Of a stretch of DNA of 64,000 nt, positions 20,081 through 30,306 are shown in pieces. The notes under the pieces were generated by a model. That model made no database searches and had not been told where the DNA came from. It saw nothing but the letters and a program-made list of their open reading frames with translations. This DNA is from Balanoglossus misakiensis. Taxonomy: Eukaryota; Animalia; Hemichordata. The number at the start of each line of letters is the position of its first letter. Position 1 is the first letter of the stretch. The position numbers and the translations under genes were made by a program. The stretch lies in the NCBI GenBank assembly GCA_040954595.2, contig JBECUI020000025.1, positions 419,406 through 483,405 on the forward strand, read 5' to 3'.

Positions 20081-21094
20081 ATGAGTGAAAAGACATTAAA
20101 CAGTAGTTTACACCAAGCAAAAAATGCCAAACAAGACGAGTTTTATACGCAACTTCCAGATATAGAAACCGAGCTAAAACATTATCAAGATCACTTTCGG
20201 GACAAGACGGTTTATTGTAACTGTGATGACCCGAGAATAAGCAATTTTTTTCACTACTTCTCCTACAATTTTGAAAAATTAGGACTAAAGAAAGTTATTA
20301 CTACCTGTTATAAAAGTCAGGAGATGGATTTATTTAGTCAACACGACTCTGAAAAAGCCATTTATTTAGAATACAATGGCAATACAAACGATAACAAAGT
20401 CCCAGCCCCCGAAGAAATAGGGGTTCATCACTTGCAAGGAGATGGTGATTTCCGCAGTGATGAGTGCATCGAACTTTTGAAACAAGCCGATATTGTGGTA
20501 ACAAACCCACCCTTTTCTCTGTTTCGGGAATATGTAGCTCAACTAATGCAATATGATAAGAAGTTTGTGATTATTGGAAACAAAAATGCTATTACTTATA
20601 AGGAAATATTTAAACTAATTAAAGAAAATAACATATGGGTTGGATGCACATCTATGAGTACTGATTTGTTGTTTGATGTGCCAGAGCAGTACGCAAAAAA
20701 GCTAATTGCTACAAAAACAAAAAATGAAGGTACTGCTTATAAAATTATAGAAGGTGTTGTTAAAGCTCGATCACAATCTATTTGGTTTACCAATTTAGAC
20801 CATACCAAACGCCACGAGGATTTAACTCTCTATAAAAGCTATAACCCCGAAGAATATCCCACATACGATAATTACGATGCTATTAATGTAAATAAAACTA
20901 AAGATATTCCAATGGATTATAAGGGAGCAATGGGTGTGCCTATTACTTTTTTAGATAAATACAATCCCGAGCAGTTTGAGATTTTGGGATTAGATGACCA
21001 TAGATTGACATATCCAAAATGGCGAGGTAGGGGGCCTGATTTGAATGGGAAAGGGATATATAGAAGAATAATCATCAAAAACAAAAGGTTATAA
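20081..21094 (+). CDS. Adenine-specific DNA methyltransferase, EcoRI_methylase family
   Basis: DEFYTQ, YCNCDDP, GDFRS.EC, VTNPPFSLFREY, MGVPITFLDKYNP. Confidence 0.9.
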   Translation: MSEKTLNSSLHQAKNAKQDEFYTQLPDIETELKHYQDHFRDKTVYCNCDDPRISNFFHYFSYNFEKLGLKKVITTCYKSQEMDLFSQHDSEKAIYLEYNGNTNDNKVPAPEEIGVHHLQGDGDFRSDECIELLKQADIVVTNPPFSLFREYVAQLMQYDKKFVIIGNKNAITYKEIFKLIKENNIWVGCTSMSTDLLFDVPEQYAKKLIATKTKNEGTAYKIIEGVVKARSQSIWFTNLDHTKRHEDLTLYKSYNPEEYPTYDNYDAINVNKTKDIPMDYKGAMGVPITFLDKYNPEQFEILGLDDHRLTYPKWRGRGPDLNGKGIYRRIIIKNKRL

Positions 21095-21097
21095 TCC

Positions 21098-21661
21098 ATG
21101 GAAAAAGAAAGCACAAATCAAGAGCATCACTTAAATAACATAGAATCTTTCATCATTGAATTACGCAATAAAAAGGTGATTTTAGATAGTGATGTAGCTC
21201 TTATCTATGGAGTAGAGACGAGAGATGTCAATAAAGCAGTAAAAAACAATTTAGAGAAATTTCCGAGTGGATATATTTTTGAGTTATCCAAAAATGAACT
21301 TGAAGATTTGCGGTGGAAATTTTCCACTACAAAATTATCTAAAACGAGAACATTGCCGAAAGCATTTACCGAAAAAGGACTGTATATGTTGGCAACTATC
21401 CTTAAATCAAAACAAGCCACAATAGCTGCCCTACAGATTATTGAAATCTTTGCCAAAATAAGAGAATTTAGCAGGGTTACTAAAAATTTGGCAACAGAGA
21501 AAAACAGCGCGAAAAAACAGACTCTTATCGAGCAAAGTGGAAAGTTAATCGGCGATATTCTAAATCAAGAGTTTGTGGGTGATACCAGTAGTGAAACTAC
21601 GATTGAGTTAAACTTGGCAATGATTAAAATCAAACACAGCATTAAAAAGGGGGGAAAATGA
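21098..21661 (+). CDS. ORF6N-domain DNA-binding protein
   Basis: VILDSDVA.IYGVETR.VN.AVKNN.EKFP..Y.F.L and AFTEKGLYMLATILKS. Confidence 0.88.
   Translation: MEKESTNQEHHLNNIESFIIELRNKKVILDSDVALIYGVETRDVNKAVKNNLEKFPSGYIFELSKNELEDLRWKFSTTKLSKTRTLPKAFTEKGLYMLATILKSKQATIAALQIIEIFAKIREFSRVTKNLATEKNSAKKQTLIEQSGKLIGDILNQEFVGDTSSETTIELNLAMIKIKHSIKKGGK
21307..21333. repeat. Intragenic palindrome TTTGCGGTGGAAA-T-TTTCCACTACAAA
   Basis: 13-bp arms with 2 mismatches and a 1-nt centre; core shared with 57659-57683. Confidence 0.85.
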
Positions 21662-22740
21662 ACATAGAACTAAAAGAAATTACTGTAAAAGAATTAACAG
21701 AAGGATATCAAGACAATGACGAAAACGGCGTTGTCGGTTATGGCGGAAGATTGGATATTCGCCCTCCGTATCAAAGAGAATTTATCTACAAGGAGCAACA
21801 ACGAAACGCTGTCATTGATACGCTGACAAAAGACTTCCCCCTAAACGTAATGTATTGGGCAGTTCGTGAAGATGGGAAATTTGAAATGATAGATGGACAG
21901 CAACGAACGATTTCTATCGCTCAATATGTAAATGGCGATTTTTCTTTTAATAGAAAGTATTTTCATAATCTGCAAGATGATGAACAGGAACAAATCTATA
22001 ACTACAAACTCATGATTTATCTATGTAGTGGCAACGACAGTGAGAAATTAGAATGGTTTAAGACCATTAATATAGCAGGTGAAGAACTAACGGATCAAGA
22101 ATTAAGAAATGCTGTGTATCATGGTTCGTGGGTAACAGAAGCTAAAAAATATTTTAGTAAAAGAAGCTGCCCCGCTTATGGCGTTGGGGCTAGCTATTTG
22201 AATGGTTCATCTATTCGCCAAGACTATTTAGAAACCGCCATCAAGTGGATACACAATGGAAAGATAGAAGAGTACATGGCAAAAAATCAACATCAGCCCA
22301 ATGCCAATGAGTTGTGGTTGTATTTTCAAGCTGTCATAAATTGGGTAAAAACTATTTTTCCAACATATCGCAAAGAAATGAAAGGGTTGGAATGGGGAGA
22401 ACTTTACAACGAATTGAAAAACAAGAGTTTTGACTCTCAACAACTAGCAAAAGAAATTACCACATTAATGCAAGACGATGATGTTACTAAAAAAAGCGGT
22501 ATCTATCCCTATGTTTTAACTCGCAAAGAAAAATTTCTTAATATTCGTGCTTTTACAGATTCTCAAAAACGGGAAGTATACGAAAAACAAAATGGGATAT
22601 GCCCGGTATGTAAAGAGAAGTTTCCCCTTGATGAAATGGAAGCCGACCATATAAGGCCTTGGCATGAAGGGGGCAAAACAAGCCCAGAAAATTGCCAAAT
22701 GCTTTGTAAGGAAGATAACCGGAGAAAATCCGGGAAATAA
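21658..22740 (+). CDS. DUF262 (GmrS/ParB-like) + C-terminal HNH endonuclease
   Basis: RPPYQREF, IDGQQRT, F.TIN.AG..L; CPVC...ADHI.PW..GG.T...NCQMLC...N. Confidence 0.9.
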   Translation: MNIELKEITVKELTEGYQDNDENGVVGYGGRLDIRPPYQREFIYKEQQRNAVIDTLTKDFPLNVMYWAVREDGKFEMIDGQQRTISIAQYVNGDFSFNRKYFHNLQDDEQEQIYNYKLMIYLCSGNDSEKLEWFKTINIAGEELTDQELRNAVYHGSWVTEAKKYFSKRSCPAYGVGASYLNGSSIRQDYLETAIKWIHNGKIEEYMAKNQHQPNANELWLYFQAVINWVKTIFPTYRKEMKGLEWGELYNELKNKSFDSQQLAKEITTLMQDDDVTKKSGIYPYVLTRKEKFLNIRAFTDSQKREVYEKQNGICPVCKEKFPLDEMEADHIRPWHEGGKTSPENCQMLCKEDNRRKSGK

Positions 22741-22949
22741 ACCTACAACACATGTTTTGTGGTAAAAATCAAAGGGGGTTGTGGGGGGACGATTCTCTTA
22801 GCGAACAGGCACAAAACGATCTATCAGATAGAGTTTTAGTTACTACACCCTCCCCTGAAAATTCTAATAGATATAAAAATTGGCCACTCTCCACTAAGCA
22901 GGGTTTGTTTATAGCTCAACAAATATGAATAAATATGCTATAATAGCCT
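22683..22949 (+). repeat. Repeat P, copy 1: HNH 3' end plus intergenic promoter element ending in TGCTATAAT; partners 37241-37506 (full) and about 25621-25748 (last about 130 bp)
   Basis: CTATCAGATAGAGTTTTAG...CTCCACTAA.CAGGGTTT.TTTATAGCTCAACAAATATGAATAAATATG.TATAATAGCCT occurs three times. Confidence 0.9.
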
Positions 22950-22966
22950 TTGTTGGAGAAAAAACA

Positions 22967-23680
22967 ATGTCGATTGTGCAAAAGAAAGTTGCGGCTATCA
23001 AGTACTTTTCCCCTAACCTGTACCACATCTTGAGCATTGCGAGAAAAAAATTATCGTGTGTATCTCCTGAGTTCTTTAATGATCCCATTGATTGTTATAT
23101 AATCAGAAATCAAGAACAGCTTAAGAAATTCCATGAGGAGAAAGTGCAAAAAACATTGGAGAGAATTAGAATATGCTCTCTTACAAAAGTAGCCAAAAAA
23201 TCCACTGGCAGCAAACTTTCCACAAGCGAACAGCTAATGTGGGCTCATTATGCAAAGTCACATACAGGGTTTGCCATTCAGTTTGAATTTTCTTTTAGCA
23301 ATGAAATACCTAATAAATTATCACAGTTTGCAAATAATAAACCATTATTACTAGATGTCAATTATGCTCCTGAACTAATTAAGAACATTGAAACTTTAGT
23401 TATCGGAATTAATCAAAGGGATTTCAAGGATGTTCTGCAAGTATCTACAATAGATAAAGACGCAGCTTTTGAATATGAAAATGAAGCACGCATCATTACA
23501 TTGGCAACAAACAATGAAAAGTTTACTTACATAGACATGCCAAAACCGAAAACGGTAGTATTTGGAATGCATTGTGAGCCGAATCTTGTAGAAGCAATAC
23601 AAAAAATTTTACTACAATATTTTGGGAAGAGTATCCCTTTTTTCAAAATTAACAATAGAATGGAGGAGAAAAAATTATGA
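22967..23680 (+). CDS. DUF2971-domain protein
   Basis: FNDPID, LMWAHYA.SHTGF.I.F, YENEARI; GGAG RBS before ATG 22967. Confidence 0.8.
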   Translation: MSIVQKKVAAIKYFSPNLYHILSIARKKLSCVSPEFFNDPIDCYIIRNQEQLKKFHEEKVQKTLERIRICSLTKVAKKSTGSKLSTSEQLMWAHYAKSHTGFAIQFEFSFSNEIPNKLSQFANNKPLLLDVNYAPELIKNIETLVIGINQRDFKDVLQVSTIDKDAAFEYENEARIITLATNNEKFTYIDMPKPKTVVFGMHCEPNLVEAIQKILLQYFGKSIPFFKINNRMEEKKL

Positions 23681-25454
23681 ATGACCCTATCATAAACCGT
23701 ATAGCTTTCAGAATAGAAGGCAAAATAAAACCCAGAGATGTCTTTATAAACTGTTTGACAGAATTACTTTTCCAGAAAAAAATTGACAAATCTGTTCCTA
23801 TTGCAACAATCGAAGAAGGGATGAAAACAACATATGGGCTTAACATACCTCATATTCTTCTAAAAGACTGGATTAGACAATATGAAGTTGCTCCTCTGGG
23901 ATATTATCTGCCCATGGGCAAAACAAAGTTTGAGATCGAAACTTTAATAAATAAAAATAAAGAACGTGAAAAGAAATTTGAGGATACATTGGCTGCTTTA
24001 AGAAATGATTTTATTAAATATGCTTTAGAAGAATTTAATACTAAAATAAAAAAGGAAGATGCAAAAAAAATTTTCTATAACCACAAATTTTTTAGTGATG
24101 ATGACTCACGTCCTTCAGATGAAATGCCTCATAATGATAACGGCATAATTTTTCAGTTTTTTATACAAGAAGAATGCCAACAAAATGAAGAAAAAATGCG
24201 TAGCCTTGAGAACCTTGGGATTGCTAATCAATTTACACAAATTGTTCTTGGAAAGGACATAGAAGTTAGCAATTTTATAAGTGGGTGCTATTTTTATCTC
24301 GACACACCTGTTTTAATAAGATTGTTTGGATATGACGGGAAAAAAATATCTGACAGTTATTCACAGGCAATTGAATTGCTTCATAAATTGGACGCTAAGT
24401 TATATGCCTTTGAACACACTTTTGAGGAGATGTGGAGCGTTCTTTTTGGTTGGAAAAAAACATTGCTTTACAAAGACTTGATGCAAAAGGGGTTAATACG
24501 TATCTAACAGCATGCAAGGAAGCTGTGGAGAGAAGCCTCCCCTCGCCTCCTCTCGATAAAATAAAACTTAGAGAACTATTTAAAGAGAAAAAAATTACAC
24601 TAGCCGATAAAGCGGATTTTACAAATCGGGAGGATCATCAATATGTAATTGACGAAAAAAGTCTTGAAGAGATATTAAAACGACATATCAACTGGGAACC
24701 GTTCCCAGATAGGATTAATAAGGATATAGCTTCGGTTAGTAGTATCTGCTTCCAACGTAATAAAGAGAAGATTCAGGAATCTGAAACATACAAGGATGCA
24801 AAATACTTTTTCTTAACAGACAATAATGCTTTACATAGAGCTGTAAAAAAATTTATGGACAATGACTCAAAGGCTGTAAAATTGCCAACAGAATTGCTGA
24901 CTTCTCTTAGTATGTTTATTTGGCAAAATACACAAGATCATCCAGATTTGTTCCGAAGTCTTTTTCGGTCAAAATGTTTTTCAGCAATACAGACTGATGA
25001 ACAATTCAAGAAAAAACTTTATGAAAGGGTGTCGCACCTTGAAAGACGGAGATATAGCGGATTTACTGACATATTAGTTACTCATCCAGAATATGAAGAA
25101 ATTATATTCAAAGAATATATTACCAAAGAAGACTATTCGGACAATGGTATGGATAACATACTCCGAAAATTTAAAAAGCAGACCGAACAAAAATTGACAC
25201 CCCCAAAAAAAGATATAGAACATGATAAAGAAAAAGCAGAAACGGACGAACAAGATAAAACATACATATCTCAACTAGAAGAGAAGGCAGAACAAAAATT
25301 TCTAGCTGGCAAGTATGAAGGAATGAAAATATCGGCTAAAAACAATTTGTGGTATAAAATACTCAAGTGTTTCTCAAAAAAATGGGCTGAACGATATATT
25401 AAAAAACAAATAGAAAAATTAGATCGGCAACAAAGGAGTCTAAAAGGAGAGTAG
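23677..25454 (+). pseudogene. Large PIN-like protein split by a -1 frameshift at the A7 run 24454-24460
   Basis: FYLDTPVLIRL in ORF1 and KDIASVS..FFLTDN in ORF2; one extra A gives the continuous reading WKKNIALQR. Confidence 0.6.
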
Positions 25455-25620
25455 ATCCGATGACATAACCAATGTTATTTTACAACGGAGATATTGCGTG
25501 GGCACTACCCATGTAAAAAAATTATACCAGCAAAAAATAGCAATCTTGGAGCGACAGGGAGACAATGACGAAAGCGGAGTTGTGGAGGCAAAACGCCCCG
25601 GAGATACAGAGCAAAAGGCC

Positions 25621-25790
25621 CTATCAGATAGAGTTTTAGCTATTACACCCTCCCCTGAAAATTCTAATAGATATAAAATTGACCACTCTCCACTAAACAG
25701 GGTTTATTTATAGCTCAACAAATATGAATAAATATGGTATAATAGCCTGTTGAGCACCTATAAACTATAAGACTAAACTACAACAGTAGT
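25621..25790 (+). repeat. Repeat P, copy 2, extended by GAGCA..TATAAACTATA.G...AAAC.TACAACAGTAG shared with 27389-27436 and 37501-37547
   Basis: Direct sequence match. Confidence 0.85.
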
Positions 25791-25844
25791 AATATATACA
25801 TACTTTGGAAGAAGATAGCATATGAAATTATTGGGAGTAGAAAG

Positions 25845-26003
25845 ATGGAAAAAATAAAAACTCAACGCTACATCACATACCAAGAAGTTTGTACTATGTT
25901 AAAAAATAATAACGCTCAAAGTCATTTTCTTTTAGCAAATGGATTTAACCATTCATTAGAAGTGCATACAAGTTACCACGATATTTTTGAAAGAATGAAA
26001 TAA
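25845..26003 (+). pseudogene. N-terminal remnant of a DUF4917/AbiH/SIR2-like protein
   Basis: 52 codons with HFLLANGFN....SY.DIF, similar to the LLGNGF start motif, then a stop. Confidence 0.45.
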
Positions 26004-26350
26004 GATAACAAAACATATAAAAAATTAATACGAGAAAGATCAAAACAATTTATTCTGATGTTTATTTTAATGATGTGAATAATAAGGATACGCCATTGAA
26101 AAAAGGATACGAGAAATTTTAAAAATCTTTCCAGACAAGGACGTAATATTATTCGATAGTGCTAGCATATCGTATACACTGAAGAACGAACAAGCAGAAC
26201 TATTAGATAAGTACGTTTCATGTTTTAGTTCGTATCCCCTATGAGTTGACGATAGAAGCAATTTAAATGATTGATAAGCAAGGATGCCCAAATGTGCCGT
26301 GCTCCCTAAGATAGTAACTAATCGATACCCTTAAAAAGTGAGGTAATGAA

Positions 26351-27370
26351 ATGGATAAAAAAATACATTTTTATTTTGATTGGAATGTTTTCAAATATAT
26401 TCAAACACCCCGTAACTCGGAAGATGAGATATTTAGAAAATTCATTTACTCGGTTAAAGACTATATTTTTATAGCGTACTCGCCTATTCATATTAGCGAA
26501 TTATTGAAAAATTTTGACAAAAGCAAAAGAAAATATATCCAAAAAGACTGTGCATTGATAACATCTCTAACAAAGAATTTATGTATTTTTTTTGATGAAG
26601 CCCAAAATTGTTATTGTAAACACCAAGACCCTGTAGAAATGTTTGATAAAACGCTAGAACGCAACGCCCAACTAAACAAATTACTTACCCCTGAAACGTT
26701 ATACGGCCTCATGACAGAAGAGAAAAAAAAAGAGTTTGAAAAAAATTGTAATATAATAAAAAGCAGAGAGGACTCTGAACAATATAATGATAGATTAAGC
26801 TCAGAAATTTTAAATGCCAAGACATCAAAGGAAGCATTTTCGAAAGTTGTTTCATTCCAAACTAATCTTTTAACAGATCCAAATATTTATAAGGCAGCAA
26901 GAGATACACTGAAAGATTTTCCGTCGTTATTAAAAAATATGTCGGAACATGACAAATCGAAGTTCATAGAAGGACTGAAAAAAAGCGGAATTGATAAAGA
27001 AATTCACGAATTAACTCCTGATGATATTATGAAATTGGCTTCAAGTTTTATACAAAACGAAGATGAAAAATTTCATAAAAGGTATCCCCATGATCATAAT
27101 ACTGATACAGTTAATAAATTTATCTCCAAAGACATGTTTGGGATAACCAAGCTAGAAAAAATAACATCCAAGAATACATTGCAAAATAATATTGATGACG
27201 CTCTGCATTGTTTGATTGCACAACATGCGCAATTTTATATTTCGGAAGATCGCAAAAATATAGAAAAGACAATACTCATTTCTAAAGAACAGAATTTAGA
27301 TATCTCACTTTATACAATAGAAGAAGCAAATAAATATATCAAGATCAGCCTCTTTAGTAATAAGCAATAA
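26351..27370 (+). CDS. Hypothetical protein with a PIN-like acidic motif set
   Basis: FYFDWNVF, YSPIHISEL, DDALHCLIA, FYISED; GAGGT RBS. Confidence 0.6.
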   Translation: MDKKIHFYFDWNVFKYIQTPRNSEDEIFRKFIYSVKDYIFIAYSPIHISELLKNFDKSKRKYIQKDCALITSLTKNLCIFFDEAQNCYCKHQDPVEMFDKTLERNAQLNKLLTPETLYGLMTEEKKKEFEKNCNIIKSREDSEQYNDRLSSEILNAKTSKEAFSKVVSFQTNLLTDPNIYKAARDTLKDFPSLLKNMSEHDKSKFIEGLKKSGIDKEIHELTPDDIMKLASSFIQNEDEKFHKRYPHDHNTDTVNKFISKDMFGITKLEKITSKNTLQNNIDDALHCLIAQHAQFYISEDRKNIEKTILISKEQNLDISLYTIEEANKYIKISLFSNKQ

Positions 27371-27388
27371 AGTGCGGCCCCTACCAAG

Positions 27389-28373
27389 TAGCCTTGGAGC
27401 AGTCTATAAACTATAGGTCAAACCCTACAACAGTAGATAGAACAAATAGCAGACGCCCACCGGTATGTCGAAAACAGAAAAGGAAAAAAAGCAATAACTA
27501 TTGACTAACAACGAAAGAACACCAAAGGATTGAAATAGAAGGACAAAAAAAGCCTTGACATACGATTTTTTTTATGATTTCATCCAACTATAAAGGAATA
27601 GATAATACTTAAAAAAAAGTATTATTATTTTGTATGCTCATCGCAGCATTCAGTGTTCCTGCAACCGGAACTGCAAAAGCTGGCGACAAGTAAATAAGAG
27701 GCTCTAATGAAACGAAGTCAAATAAATACTATTATAAAGGAAACGATGCTTTTTTTAGAAGCACAAAAATTTTATTTACCGGGGTGGGCATACTGGACGT
27801 ATGACGAATGGCAAACCCGTAAAAGTGTGTGCAACGCTATTTTTGATGCAAATCTTGGTTGGGATGTTACGGATTCTGGTGGAGATTTCGAAAAAAACGG
27901 TCTTACTTTGTTCACTATTCGCAACGGTATATTGGAAAAGGATAGACCTTATTGCGAAAAAATAATTGTTATGACACAGGGGCAAGAGGCACCCTATCAT
28001 TATCACAAAGTTAAGACTGAAGATATTATCAATCGTTCTAAAGGAGAGCTAGGGTTTAGGTTAGGACGTTCTAATCCTGATGGTTCTATGAGTGATGAGG
28101 ACATTCGTGTTATCATAGACGGTATAGCTACTACCGTACAGGCACGAGAAGAAATTATTTTGTCAGCAGGACAAAGCCTTACCTTGTATCCCTACGATTA
28201 TCATGCTTTTTATCCTAAGGGTGGCACTATTCTTATCGGTGAGGTCAGCAAAGTAAATGATGATCACACGGACAACTATTTTTTGGATGACGTAAATCGC
28301 TTTCCTGTTGTTGATGAAGATGAACCCATTTTATATCCTATCGTGAACGATTACAAACTTTTTTGCTAAAATA
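27389..28373 (+). repeat. Direct repeat B, left copy (about 985 bp: chimeric leader plus the whole lyxose isomerase gene); partner 37501-38482
   Basis: Near-identical; the CDSs differ by three synonymous changes that I could see. Confidence 0.95.
27707..28369 (+). CDS. D-lyxose/D-mannose family sugar isomerase (cupin), copy 1
   Basis: MKRSQIN, LGWDVTD, GLTLFTIRNG, P.HYH..KTEDIINR, GEVSKVNDD.TDN.F. Confidence 0.9.
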   Translation: MKRSQINTIIKETMLFLEAQKFYLPGWAYWTYDEWQTRKSVCNAIFDANLGWDVTDSGGDFEKNGLTLFTIRNGILEKDRPYCEKIIVMTQGQEAPYHYHKVKTEDIINRSKGELGFRLGRSNPDGSMSDEDIRVIIDGIATTVQAREEIILSAGQSLTLYPYDYHAFYPKGGTILIGEVSKVNDDHTDNYFLDDVNRFPVVDEDEPILYPIVNDYKLFC

Positions 28374-28448
28374 TTGGTTTATATGATAAGAACGATGTCG
28401 GCGTAGTGAACGATTATAAACAATAGGAAAATATGTAAAAAAGTAACG

Positions 28449-29447
28449 TTAGTGCATTCGTTTTCGGATTTCGGCAATGCTTATATTACCTATTGCACTC
28501 AGATTTTGCAGGTTAAGTTGTGCTTGCATATGAGCTTCGTAAATTGTTTGTTCCCATCCTATGCCATCGAGCATACCGTTTATAACTCCTACACAAAAGG
28601 CATCACCTGCGCCTAAAGTGCCTTTAATGTCTTTCTTATCGATACGTTTTGATGCTATGTATTGGGACATTGTCTCGTTTGCAATATATGCACCCTCGGG
28701 AAAATGTACAATAAGCGTGCCCTTAAAATTTTTCTTAAATATAGCTATGTGTTTTTGCATTGTATCATGAAGAATAGTATGCTTTTCGTTGCGAAAAGAT
28801 TGAGAACATAAGTATCCCAGTTCGACCTCATTTACCAACAATACATCAATATAAGGTTTGGAAGAATTGATAACTTCAAAAAACGAATTATCCTTAAAAA
28901 TAGATACGCAATCGGCAACTACCGTTAGACCCAAATCTTTTACCTTCTTTAGAATACGTGCAAAAAGTGTTCCGTATTCTTTATCTTGCGTAGTTAGACC
29001 CGCCATAAAATTTAAGTAGCCGATATAAAATATTCCTTGATTAATATTCCTTTCAAAAAAATGAGAAAAATCATCCAAACTGTAATTATCATCGATGGAA
29101 GTATCACAGAACAAAAAACTTCGTTGCAAAGTTTGACGTTCAAACAAGACTAAAGAATACGGCGTTATACCATCGTTCGCTTCCAACATCATCGAAATAT
29201 CGATATTGCGGGATTGGAGTTCGGTTTTTAGAAACATTGCATGTGCATCCGTTCCCATTCTGCCGAGAGCATACAATGAAATATTATTGTCGAGAGCGGC
29301 AAGATTCATCAAGACATTAAAAGAACCGCCACCCCCAGAATGTTCCTCACTTTCTATGTAGGTAAGTTCGCCCCGCTTAGGGTACTGTTCAACCGTTTTT
29401 ATGAGATCGATTAACCATTTTCCCAGACCGATTACATTTCTCAACAT
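28449..29447 (-). CDS. PfkB-family carbohydrate kinase
   Basis: GGGSFNV, VNEVE, GTLGAGDAF. Confidence 0.88.
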   Translation of the reverse strand: MLRNVIGLGKWLIDLIKTVEQYPKRGELTYIESEEHSGGGGSFNVLMNLAALDNNISLYALGRMGTDAHAMFLKTELQSRNIDISMMLEANDGITPYSLVLFERQTLQRSFLFCDTSIDDNYSLDDFSHFFERNINQGIFYIGYLNFMAGLTTQDKEYGTLFARILKKVKDLGLTVVADCVSIFKDNSFFEVINSSKPYIDVLLVNEVELGYLCSQSFRNEKHTILHDTMQKHIAIFKKNFKGTLIVHFPEGAYIANETMSQYIASKRIDKKDIKGTLGAGDAFCVGVINGMLDGIGWEQTIYEAHMQAQLNLQNLSAIGNISIAEIRKRMH

Positions 29448-30283
29448 TTATTTGTGCTTCCAAATATATCCATGTGATATCCGACTTTTGCTATGGTATT
29501 TTTGTGTACGTTTTGAACATTGTTTGCCAATACATGTATAGGAAAATCTTGGTCTTTCATGGATTCTAAAATAGTATGTTCGACGCTTGTGTAAATATTT
29601 ATCTTTCTAACGCCGAGCTGTATTGCTTTCTGAAAATCCTGTTCGGAAATACCGGACCCTCCGTGTAGGACGATAGGCTTTTTGCTTTCTTGAGCTATAG
29701 TAACAAGTAAATCAAAATTGAGTTTCGGTTCTTTTTTGTAAAATCCATGTGCATTTCCGAACGCTATAGCAAGGGCATCGATATTTGTTTTATGCACAAA
29801 GTCTATTGCCTGATCGGGATTGGTAAACATATGTTCGTCGACGGCCGCATCCTTATCCCCTTCGCTTCCTATACAACCCAGCTCCGCCTCCACTGTAATA
29901 TTTGATTCGTGACACAAGCCGACAATTTTTTTTGTTTCTTCGACATTTTCTTCATAGTCGAGTGTAGAGCCGTCAAACATGATGGAAGTGAACCCTTTGT
30001 GTATACATTGCATAACCGTCGAAAAACTTACTCCATGGTCTAAGTGCAAAGCGATAGGAACCGATGATTGCTCGGCTCTCTTATGTACATATTTTACGAG
30101 TTCATTAACATTAACGATAAACGGAAGATGTACTTCCGCAATCTGAATAATAACCGGAGATTTTTTTTCTTCGGCACAAGTAATAAGACTATTAACCTGA
30201 TCTAGAGATAGTACATTAAACGCACCCACTCCATAATTATATTTTTGAGCATGTTGTAATAATTCGTGCATTGCTTGTAGCAT
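29441..30283 (-). CDS. Class II ketose-bisphosphate aldolase
   Basis: ALHLDHG, SIMFDGS, VEAELG, GNAHG, VLHGGSG, KINI. Confidence 0.92.
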   Translation of the reverse strand: MLQAMHELLQHAQKYNYGVGAFNVLSLDQVNSLITCAEEKKSPVIIQIAEVHLPFIVNVNELVKYVHKRAEQSSVPIALHLDHGVSFSTVMQCIHKGFTSIMFDGSTLDYEENVEETKKIVGLCHESNITVEAELGCIGSEGDKDAAVDEHMFTNPDQAIDFVHKTNIDALAIAFGNAHGFYKKEPKLNFDLLVTIAQESKKPIVLHGGSGISEQDFQKAIQLGVRKINIYTSVEHTILESMKDQDFPIHVLANNVQNVHKNTIAKVGYHMDIFGSTNKC

Positions 30284-30306
30284 ATCTTCTTCTTATGTGT
30301 ATGTAA

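Noticed and set aside
25498-25713. 71-aa ORF
   Set aside because: Its 3' half is the non-coding repeat P; no RBS or motif
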